A DNA stretch of 64,000 nucleotides. It comes from Mobula hypostoma (lineage: Eukaryota). Below the pieces are notes generated by a model. The model was not told where the DNA came from. It was given only the letters and a program-made list of their open reading frames with translations, and ran no database searches. Position numbers and translations under genes: made by a program. The DNA is taken from positions 39,868,001 to 39,932,000 of the forward strand of contig NC_086108.1 in NCBI RefSeq assembly GCF_963921235.1. The letters are read 5' to 3'. This document shows positions 38,895 through 49,744 of the stretch, piece by piece. Positions within the stretch are counted from its first letter, which is position 1, and every line of letters starts with the position of its first letter.

Positions 38895-39770
38895 CCAACA
38901 GGTGCCACACACGAGGCTTCTAAACAAGATAAGATCCTATGGTATTACAGGGAAGATTCTAGCATGGACAGAAGATTGGCTAATCAGCAGAAGGCAAAGA
39001 GTGGGGATAAAGGGACCTTTTTGTTTAGCTGCAGATGGTATTCCTCAGGGGTCAGTGTTGAGTATGCTACATTTCAAGTAATATGTTAATGATCACGATG
39101 ATGGAATTGACGGCTTTGTGGTCAAGTTTGTGGATGATACAAAGATGGATGGAGAGGCAGGTAGTGTTCAGGAAGCAGGGAATCACCAGAAGGACTCAGA
39201 CAGATTAGGAAAACGGGCAAAAAAATGGCAAATGGAATACAGTGTTGAGGAGTGTATGTTGAAGGAATAAAGGCATAGACTATGTTCTGAATGAGTAGTG
39301 AATTCAGAAATTGGAGACTTGGGAGTCCTTGTGTTGGATTCCCTAAAGATTAACTTGCAGGTTGAGTCAGTGGTAAGGAAGGCAAATGCAGTGTTAGCAT
39401 TTACTCCAAGAGGACCAGAATATAAAAAGAAAGATGTAATGCTGAGACTTTATAAGGCATTGGTCAGACCGCATTTGGACTATTGTGAGCTGTTTTGAGC
39501 TCCATATGTGCTAGATTTGGAGAGGGTCAAGAGGAGTTTAAAGAGAATGATCCCGGGAATGAAAGGGTTAAAGTATGAGGAGCATTTGATGGCTCTTTGC
39601 CTGTACTTGATAGGGTTCGGAAGAATGGGGAAATCTCGATGAAACTTACTGGATATTGAAAGGTCTAGGTAGAGTGGCTGTGGGTGGGGAATTCATTGCC
39701 ACAGATAGCTGTGGAGTCCAGCTCATTAGGTATATTTAGTGTTTAGGTTGTTGATTAGTGAGGACATCAA
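38895..39770 (+). mobile_element. CR1 LINE fragment
   Basis: VPH.RLLNKI, GIPQGSVL, KFVDDTK, LVRPHLDYC. Confidence 0.85.
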
Positions 39771-39914
39771 AAAGGAAAAAAAAACATTTTTCTTTCTGTG
39801 AAAGCTAGGTTTCAATCATTGCCATCCTAAAGTAATTCCTGATGTACAATAGTAAGTAATATCTCTATCATCATAGTTTAAAGTATTCATGCTATTACTT
39901 GTGTTCTCTTTCAG

Positions 39915-40022
39915 ATATAAAACCAGCTAATGTGTTCATTACAGCAACTGGAGTAGTAAAGCTGGGAGATCTTGGATTGGGCAGATTTTTTAGTTCGAAA
40001 ACTACAGCAGCACATTCTTTAG
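39915..40022 (+). CDS. NEK6: NEK6/NEK7-family kinase exon ([36 protein letters not shown])
   Basis: ttctctttcag|AT ATA...TTA G|gtgag, 108 nt, phase 1-1; catalytic loop DIKPAN and the DLG motif typical of NEK6/7; overlaps ORF 39899-40090. Confidence 0.95.
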
Positions 40023-41289
40023 GTGAGCAATCCTGCACAACACGAATCCATCTAATTACAGAAGTGGGATGTATTTCATTAAGAGTGTGAACAAAACCAT
40101 GTGTCTGTTGTAAACATGTAAGCAGTAAAAGGCAAGCTCCCCAACCACTATCAGGTTATCTATTTCATCGTGCATTTAGGGGGTTTCCTGTTTCTTTGAC
40201 CTTTGCCATTACACAGGGCATGTCTGGAAGTAACAAGTCCAATCTTGCTACTGATACAAAACCCTGATTACACAACAGTGTAATAAAGACCAAAGAGTTT
40301 ATGATGAATAGACTGCTTTCAGGCTACACACTGGGTGACCCATTGATCTTTCCAGAGGTTTATAATGCAGAAATCCTTGAAAAATCAGACAGCTTTTTTT
40401 ATTGCATAACTGCCTTATTTTTCAGAGAGAGTTTTCAGGATGCAGTTTAACTGGCAATTTAATATTTTGTTTTTTGACTAAAAATTTACATCAGGGAACT
40501 CGGAGATAGCTATGCTATTGATTAAAAATGGAGCTCACAAACAGCTTTCTGCAGTACTGATCCACATGGGAATTGAGTCATGTAGTATGTTGGATCACTT
40601 GGACCTCATAACACCATTTTAGAGATCCTGGTTCTCAAAGTGCCCTTTTATTTGAATGAATATTTTCGTTGTATGTAAGTGTATCACTGGTTTTTCTCAT
40701 AAAGCTGTGGATTTTGAACTGGATAACTGCAATACCAGTTAGACATGGTTTATTTACAATTGCTTTGAAAATGAGATGCTTCGGAGTTCCCATTAAAATC
40801 CCTAGTCAAGTGAACAGAAAGGTCTCTGGTAACTACAACTAGGAGAATTACCATCAATGTTCCCTCTAATTTTTTTTTACAGCGGTCTGGACCAACCATT
40901 GCTCTGAGAAGGAAATTTTTACCAGGCCTGAAAACGGCAGGACACTTAAAATATTTTTTTTTGTAATATGCATACTATGAATATTTGGAATGAAAATTGA
41001 AAAATCGCATACTTTTGATTTTATTTATTAATTGAAGGTTATAATGCAATACAGTACAACAAAGACAATCTTCCATGTGTCGTAGACGTTTTCCAGCTGT
41101 GTCCAATTCCAGCTGCACGGCAACAAAGACTATCTGCACGGGAGCATTTCGGTTGATGCACAGTCACATACTTGAGCAGCTTAGAAGGAATAGTGATCAC
41201 CATCTTCCAGGGTCTCTTTGAAGGTCCAAAGTTTGATTTTTTTTTAGTATTGGCTTAGAAATCCAAACCATTTCCTTTGGTGCTGCAGT

Positions 41290-41570
41290 CTTATAGGTCC
41301 AAGAATCAGGATTTGTTCCTGACTCTGCTGTGATCAGAGTTTGCACATTCTCTATGTGATTGTGGAAGCTCTGGTTTCTCCCACCTTGCAAATATGTGCT
41401 GATAAGTTAATTGCCTACTGTAAATTAGCAAATAGTGTAGCTAAGTGGCAAAAAGAATTAAAGGGGCTTTGATGGTCATGTGAAAGCGAGAATATAGGAC
41501 CATAGGGTAAACTGGAATAGAAATTGATGGGATTGCTTTACAAGGAGGCAGCATGGACCAGTAGAAGGCC
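41290..41570 (+). mobile_element. Degraded V-SINE
   Basis: GAGTTTGCACATTCTC...GGTTTCTCCCAC...TTAATTGCCTACTGTAAATT, as in 24295-24550. Confidence 0.55.
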
Positions 41571-44500
41571 TCATGATGTGAAAATTAAGAATATGCCAGT
41601 TAATATACCCAGTTCATTGAGCTGGGTTTGGTTTTCCTGAAAGAATCAACCAATCAGTTGCACTCTTCTCTTTCTCAATAAGCTTGCAAAAGGTAAGTAT
41701 TTAGTGGATAGTTATAATACTTATAATAACAATTTAAAAAGATCTTTTAAGGGGAATGAACTAACATATTGAGAGAATTGCAGGCTGCACTTAATAAACT
41801 TCCTACAGATTTCAGTATCTACAGTCACTTGTCTTTGAAAAATTTGCGGCTGAATCTTGAACCAGATCAACTAAATTGTGGAAAAGAAATTATCAATAGC
41901 AGTAATTTTCAAAAGGCATTCAGCAATTCAGCACATTCATTTCAGATTGAGGGGGGCAGGAGTCGAGGGTGATAAACGTCATGACCTATGTAAATCTTTT
42001 ATATGGTTGTTAAATTGTTTTATTTTTCCTCAGAATAGTTTTACCTTGTGGCTCCTGTTGAGAGCTTGCTGCTATCCTTCCTCAGACAATATTCTTCAAT
42101 GAGATTTGTGCACTGAATGCTACATTAGCTCACAGTGTGATAGCCCAGTTGGAGGGGCTACTGTGCTGCATCTTGTACCTATAGTGGGGAGGTGCTGCTC
42201 CAACCATCACATTGATCCAATCATGAGACTGGGGTATATTAAACAGGCAACTCTCCCTCACTGGTATGGTATGCTTAATCCCTTAAAATCTCTGCAGGAA
42301 ATCCACCACACTAACCTTCTTTCCTCCATTCTCTGCTCGCTGATTCAGACACTGCAGACATTACACAAATCACCTTGTCCTGAAGCTGTGATCTGTGGGT
42401 ACCATCACTTTCTCCATTTTTTGTTCTTGGAAGGTGTCTTGAAGACAATCAATACAGGTGAGAGAGTGAGTGGAATCAGTGTTTAAGTGAGTGCGCAAGG
42501 CAGCACTGGACACTAAAACTGGTGGTACAGGCCTAATTATGATGTCTGCTGATCATGGTGCAAGATCTATATGGCAAATCTTGGGGGAAGTTTCTGAGGC
42601 TATTCTTGTTTAATGATCCCAGGGAATTACATTAATAGAAGTAGCTAGATAAAAATAAAAATTTACACTAATTACAATCTCAAAGATAATTTCTTCTTTG
42701 ACTATGCCTCAGTAAACACTGTCTGCAAATACCCTCGTCCTCCCCCGCCCCTCAACAGACACACACTCTATTCCAGCCCTTCTTTTATTTCTAAAACAAT
42801 CACTGTGTAACAATTTTCTCCAGGTTAGGAATTTTAGTTTGGGTGGTGTTTTACCCCATTTCTTCACTCTAAACTGCTATTCTCTGACTTCCAATCATAA
42901 ATGTATGGAACCAAAATAAACTAGAAACCAGATCTGAAAGATTCCAAAACACCTTCTGTCATTAGCTGGAAACTCAATGCTGATTTAAACCGACAAACCT
43001 TTCTGATCCCTTATACATGAATTTACAGTGTAATAAAAAATTCCTTTGGATTCCCTCTGACCTGGTCTTTCCCGATCTTTAACTTGGACTCGTACATAAA
43101 AAATGTATTTTATGTATTATATTTTATTGTATTGCTGCCACAAAAGAAAATCATATTTCATGACATATGTGAGTGATGCTAAGTTTAATTCTGATATAGA
43201 TCTCTATTGTGTACTTAGAGTGGGAAGGGGGCAGGAAAAGGGGAATTATGGTTTGGAAAAGGGGAAGAGAGAGGGGAAACACCAGAGAGACATTCTGTAA
43301 TGATCAACAAACCAATTGTTTGGAAACAAGTGACCTCGCCTGGTGTCTCAGGTCTAGGTGTGTTTGCACTTGCGTCACCCCATGCCTCTGTCACTTCTCT
43401 GTCACAGCTAATGTATTTTAAAGATCTATTTTGAGAACAGTTCTAAAAGTTATTAAAAGCAATTATAAATCCTTGACTCTTACTTTTATATATGGCATAG
43501 CAGTCAAAAGCTGCATTCACTTATTCGTTGCATTACAGGTTGACACAATGTCTGTTTCAATGGTCTGGTTTAGTACGGAGAATGGAATGATGCAAGTCTT
43601 TAAGAGTTATGTTGACAGAATTTCTGTCACTTAACTGCTTCCAAGCTCTGCTAGGAGCACCTTCATCTTGTAATCTAAACATTTTTATATAACTTCAGTT
43701 TAGAATTTATCAAAACCCTGCTTTGCTTTATAACAGAAGACACTACTGCTAATTGAAAATGTAATCTGTGTTACCACTAAATGAATGCCATCTGTGGGCA
43801 ATTCTTAACAGAAGTAGAATCAACAAACATATCAGGCAATTTCCACGAGGAAGCAAAGTCTCCTAAGTTAACACTCGTGGAAAAAGGTTGCTTCAGAAAG
43901 ATAACACAGTGTAGTTAGATATGCAGTGACAATTAACAAATGGTGCACATGACTGAAGCCATAATTTTAAAATTAATTGGAACTAAATTGGTAGGACTAT
44001 TATCTCTATTAAATATTTGTGTTCAGATAGAATATAGTAGAACTTTATTGTCATTGCTCAAGACAATGAGATTGTGGTGCAACTCCAATCCATGCAAAAA
44101 CAGATAGTACGACTTAATTATAAAAAAATCCTCTACTTACGTGCAGCAAGTGGCTTCGGTAGTCCACAACACTCAAACACCATTGGCAATCTGGGGTGCA
44201 GCACTATTCAACTGCACAACAGCTCTCACGATTAAGTTGTTTTTCATTCTTACTCTCTTGGCTAAGATGTTTTTGTATCTCCTACCAGGTGGCGCGAGAT
44301 TACCAGGCAGTGTTAAGGATGGGGTGGGTCTTTAATGATGTTATGAGCATGACGTAGGCATCAAGAGTTGTAGTTTGTCTGGTAGTTGGTCCAGTAGTTG
44401 ATTCCTAAAGATGTGCTGAGCTATTCTGAGCCTATTGGAGTGCTTTCTGATCTGTCTTGCTGCAGCTAGAGTACCATACTGTCATTCCGTATGTTAGTAT

Positions 44501-44989
44501 GCTCTATCACACATCGATAGAAGTTGGCCAGCAATTTTTTACAATTAGCCATTCTTTTGGGCATGAGTAGAGTACATTTTTTCAGATGTTTGACTTGAAG
44601 ATCCATTTCATTTCAGTCACTTTTTGTTATATAAAGGACAAGATTAGTTGCTTTGTCGTCCAAAGGTTTGCACTCTGCTCTTCAGGAAGAACTGTTAAAC
44701 TGCAGAATCATACTAATGCATTTCCCTAACTATACTGCAATGTGTTTATCCCATTTTAAGTTTGCGCCAGTTCACAGCCACAATTGTTTCCATATTTCTG
44801 GAAGTAAGGAAGTTTCATCCTAACAGTATATATTCAGTCAGTACATCAATGGGGCAGGATATGCTCTCTGGTACCAGACATTTCAACCCTGAAAAAAAGA
44901 TACTGTCTACTTACCATATCTGTGCCACAAATAAATTAACAAATAATAAGTTGCATTTGCAACACAAGTTTAAAAAGTAAACAGTATAA

Positions 44990-45660
44990 CAAGCACAAGA
45001 AATGCAGATGCTGGAAATCCAAGCAGCACACACAAAATGCTGGAAGAACTCAGCAGGCCATGCAGTATCAATGGAAAAGAGAAAACAGTCAACATCTCAG
45101 GCCAAGACCTTTCATCAGCTGGAAAAATAGATGAGAAGTCAGAGTAAGCCAAAAAAGTGGGATCGCCCAGTGGCTATCCATTTCAATTCTTCTTCCCCAT
45201 TCCCATTCCGATATGTCAGTCTATGGCCTCCTACTGCCGTGATGAGGCCACACTCAGGCTGGAAGAGCAACACCTTGTATTCTGTTTGGGTAGCCTCCAA
45301 TCTGATGGCATGAATATCGATTTCTCGAACTTCCAGTAGTTGACCCCCCTCCTCACCATTCCCCATTCCTATTTCCCTCTCTCACCTTGTCTCCTTACCT
45401 GCCCATCACCTCTCTCTGCTGCTCCACCCCTTTCCTTTCTTCCATGGTCTTCTACCTTCTCCTGTCAGATCCCCCCTTCTCCAGCCCCTTATCTCTTTCA
45501 CCAATCAACTTCCCAGCTCTTTTATTTCATCCCTCCCCCTCTCTCGGTTTCACCTATTACCTACCATCTTGTAATTCTTCCTCCCCTCCCCCTCAACACC
45601 TTCCTTTGACTTCGCATATTTTTTTTCTAGTTCTGATAAAGGGTGTCAGCCCAAAATGTA
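44990..45660 (+). mobile_element. Penelope-like element with inverted 5' pLTR
   Basis: Minus-strand pLTR at 44990-45130, then + strand PVAIHFNS...LRLEEQHLVFCLGSLQ.DGMNIDF and a pyrimidine-rich pLTR. Confidence 0.8.
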
Positions 45661-45689
45661 AACAGGATAATGCTACTGGCACTTGATAC

Positions 45690-47090
45690 ATGATGAGACC
45701 TGGGTGTTGGCAATGAGTTCAGTAGTCTTACAGCCAGGCGGAAGAAGCTAATTGCCATTCTAAGAGTTCTTGTCCTAATGTTATGGTACCTCCTGCCTGA
45801 TGGTAGGGGGTCAAAGAGATTGTTGGACGAATGGGAGGGATCACTGACAATGCTAAGGAAACTGTGTACACGGCGCTTCTGATAAATATCGGGGAGGAGA
45901 AGATGGCGCAACGCACCGCGCGCGGCCGCTCCAAATGATATTGTATTTGTGAACTAGGATGCCATGCACAATCCTGATTTGATGGAGACAGCTGTGAGAA
46001 GCACGGAGGAACATCTGGAGAAACTTCTGAAATGCCTGCTTCACTGCTGCTGCTACTGTGCGATCAAGAATCTCCGAGGGGAAGGCCCCAAATCCTCGGC
46101 TTTGCCTATTGCCTGTTTCCGGGGCCGGGGTCGAAGCACTCGGCAGAGATGGTGCTCGGTGTCGGAGGGCTGGTCGGAGGCTCGAAGTTTTCAGACGGAC
46201 TCGGAGTCGGAGTCAGACTGTGGTCGGGTGCTTTCAGGATGCTGCATCAGCAAGTTTGCGGCGCTAGAAGCTCATGGCAGGGAGAGTTTCTCCCTTCAAC
46301 CGTCTGCGTGAGATGATGGGACTTTCGAGAGACTTTGAGACTTTTTACCGTGCCCATGGTCTGTTTTTCTATCAAGTTACTGTATTGCTTGCACTGTTGC
46401 AACTATATGTTATAATTATGTGGTTTTTGTCAGTTTTTTTAGTCTTGGTTTGTCTTATGTTTCTGTGATAGCATTCTGGAGGAACAAATTGTATTATTTC
46501 TTAATACATGCATTACTAAATGACAATAAAAGAGGACTGTGTGTCCTCATAATCTAATCTAATATCTCTTATGGATGGAAGAGAGACCTTGACAATCCTC
46601 TCAGCAGTCCTCACAATCCTTTGTAGGGACTTGCAGTCAGATGCCTTATAATTTTCATACCAGATAGTGATGCAGCTGGTCAGGACATTCTCCATGGTGC
46701 TTTTGTAAAAATTGGTTAGAATGAAGGGATAGTGGGAGGGGGGAGGGTAGCCTCACTCATCTCAATCTCCTCAGGAGGTGAAGACACTGCTGTGCTTTCC
46801 TAACCAAAAAGGTGCTGTTGAGGGACAAGGTGAGATTGGCCATTATGTGCACTCCTAGAAATTTGGTGCTCTTAATTCTCTCCATGTACAGTGAGGAGTG
46901 GTCAGTCTGAACCTTCCTAAAGTCTACAGTCATCTCTTTAGTCTTATCCACATTGAGACTTAAGATGTGGTTGCACCATTCTATCAGCTGCTCCATCCCT
47001 CTCTGTACGCCATCTTGTTATTGATGAAGCCAACCACTGTTGCATCATCAGCAAACTTAATGATTTGGTTTGAACTGGATCTTCAGTTGA
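45690..47090 (-). mobile_element. Rex1 LINE 3' part interrupted by a family X copy
   Basis: ORF 46757-46996 (LNVDKTKEM.VDFRK, KFLGVHI, KAQQ.LH.LRRL) and 45627-45911 (LPSGRRY). Confidence 0.8.
45891..46560 (+). mobile_element. Family X retroposon, full-length copy 3
   Basis: GGGGAGGAGAAGATGGCG head, GAGGAC/GTCCTC hairpin, (ATCTA)n tail, TSD AATATC. Confidence 0.85.
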
Positions 47091-47750
47091 ATTGGATTTG
47101 GCTGGGTTAAACTCTATCTGCCACTTCTCTGCCCACATCTGCAACTGATCTATATCCCACTTTATTCCTTGCCGGTTTTCTGCACAATCCACAACACCAC
47201 TAATCTTCGTATCATCTGCAAACATACTAAACCCACTTATCTACATATTCATTCAGCTCATTTATATACATCAAAAACAGCAGAGATCCCAGTATAGATC
47301 CTTGGAGGACACCACTAATCACAGCCCTCCAGCTAGAGTAAGTCCCTTCAATCACTATACTCTGTCTTCTGTGGGCAAGTCAGTTCTGAATCCAAACAGC
47401 CAATTCACCGTGGATCCCATACACCTTAATCTTCTGGATTAGACTCCCATGAGGGACATTGTCAAAGGCCTGACTAAAATCCATTTAAACAACATCCAGA
47501 GCTCTGCCTACATCACTCACCCTTGTTGTCTATTCAAATAACTCTATCAAGTTACTAAGACGTGACTTGCAGTGCATAAAGCCATGCTGTCTCTCTAACT
47601 AAGCCATGGTTTTCCAAAAGCTCATAAACCCTATTCCTAAGAATTCTCTTCAGTAACGTCCCTACCACTGATGTAAGACTCACCGATCTACAGTTTCCAG
47701 GATTATCCTTGGCTCCCTTCTTGAATAATGGAATATTATTGGCTATTGTC
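47090..47750 (-). mobile_element. CR1 LINE RT fragment
   Basis: FADDTKISGVV (ORF 46944-47225) and PLFKKG.K..PGN.R.VSLTSVVG (ORF 47555-47836). Confidence 0.85.
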
Positions 47751-47833
47751 ATATTATTCGTGAGCACTAAGGGTGCAATTCTCTGAAACTGAGTTACTTT
47801 TTCAGTTACAGATAAAGAGTAGCTATTGAAATA

Positions 47834-49434
47834 CAAACCCCATTTCCAGAAAAGTTGGGATATTTTCCAAAATGCAATAAAAACAAAAATCTGTGATATG
47901 TTAACTCACGTGAACCTTTATTTAACTGACAAAAGTACAAAGAAAAGATTTTCAATAGTTTTACTGACCAACTTAATTGTATTTTGTAAATATACACAAT
48001 TTAGAATTTGATGGCTGCGACACACTCAACAAACGTTGGGACAGAGTTAAAATAAGATTGAAAAGTGCACAGAATATTCAAGTAACACCGGTTTGGAAGA
48101 CTCCACATTAAGCAGGCTAATTGGTAGCAGGTGAGGTATCATGACTGGGTATAAAAGTAACGTCCATCAAAGGCTCAGTCTTTGCAAGCAAGGATGGGTC
48201 GTGGCTCACCCCTTTGTGCCAAAATTCGTGAGAGAATTGTTAGTCAGTTCAAAAGGAACATTTCTCAACACAAGACTGCAGCGAATTTAGGTCTTTCAAC
48301 ATCTACAGTACATAATATTGTGAAAAGATTCAGAGAATTCAGAGACATCTCAGTGCATAAAGGGCAAGGTCGGAAACCACTGTTGAATGCGCGTGATCTT
48401 CGAGCCCTCAGGCAGCACTGCCTAAGAAACCGTCATGCTACTGTGACAATTATAGCCAGCTGGGCTTGGGATTTCTTTGGAAAACCATTGTCACTCAACA
48501 CAGTCCGTCGCTGCATCCAGAAATGCAACTTGAAACTGTATTACGCAAGGAGGAAGCCATATATCAACTCTATGCAGAAACGCCGGTGAGTTCTCTGGGC
48601 CCGAGCTCATCTCAGATGGACCGAAAGACTGTGGAACCGTGTGCTGTGGTCAGATGAGTCCACATTTCAGCTAGTTTTCGGAAAAAACGGGCGTCAAGTT
48701 CTCTGTGCCAAAGATGAAAACGACCATCCAGATTGTTATCAGCGAAAGGTGCAAAAGCCAGCATCTGTGATGGTATGGGGGTGCATCAGTGCCCACGGCA
48801 TGGGTGAGTTGCATGTATGTGAAGGTACCATTGACTCTGAGGCGTATATTAGGATTTTAGAGAGACATATGTTCCCATCAAGGCGAAGTCTCTTCCTGGG
48901 ACGTCCATGCTTGTTTCAGCAGGACAATGCCAGACCACATTCTGTACGGGCTACAACAGCATGGCTTTGTAGACACAGAGTGCGTGTGCTTGACTGGTCT
49001 GCTGCCAGTCCAGATCTATCTCCTATTGAAAATGTATGGCGCATCATGAAGAGGAGAATCAGACAACGGAGACCACGGACTGTTAAGCAGCTGAAGTCTT
49101 ATATCAAGCAAGAATGGACAAAATTTCCAATTGCAAATTTACTACAATTAGTATCCTCAGTTCCAAAACGATTAAAAAGTGTTATTAAAAGGAAAGGTGA
49201 TGTAACACAATGGTAAACATGCCTCTGTCCCAACTTTTGTTGACTTTTGCAGCAATCAAATTCTAAATTTGTGTATGTTTACAAAATACAATTAAGTTGG
49301 TCAGTACAACTATTAAAAATCTTTTCTTTGTACTTTTGTCAGTTAAATAAAGGTTCACATGAATTAACATATCACAGATTTTTGATCTTATTTCATTTTG
49401 TAAAATATCCCAACTTCTCTGGAAATGGGGTTTG
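47834..49434 (+). mobile_element. Full-length Tc1 (DD34E, IR-DR type) transposon
   Basis: TA TSD on both sides, ~210-bp TIRs (CAAACCCCATTTCCAG...), internal direct repeats AGTTGGGA/CGTTGGGA, 1601 bp. Confidence 0.95.
48194..49216 (+). pseudogene. Tc1 transposase, 340 codons with one in-frame TGA at 48587-48589
   Basis: ORFs 48182-48589 and 48641-49216 share a frame; GRK motif, WSDES, QQDNARPH, SPDLSPIE (D-34-E). Confidence 0.92.
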
Positions 49435-49744
49435 TACTTCTGCAACTTAGAACAAGACAGGCAAATTCTAAGGGGCAAGTTTTGCACCGTAAGGTGGTGA
49501 TTATATGGAATGAGCTGCCAGAGGAATTATTAGAGGGAGATGCAATTGGTGGTTAAAAGATATTTGAACAGGTACTTGGGTAGGACAAGAATAGAGGGTG
49601 ACAGGCCTAAAGTAGGCAAGTGTGCTTAGTGCCGATAGGGGTCACTATCAGTATGGATGAGTTGTGCTGAAACGTCTGTTATAAGTCGTAAAACTCTATG
49701 ATGCTGTGACTGAGACATTGTGTAATCTAACGATAAAGGTAATA

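Noticed and set aside
41660..41700. Possible 10-nt microexon (TAAG|CTTGCAAAAG|GTAAGTA)
   Set aside because: Weak acceptor, frameshifting, and the flanking kinase exons already join correctly.
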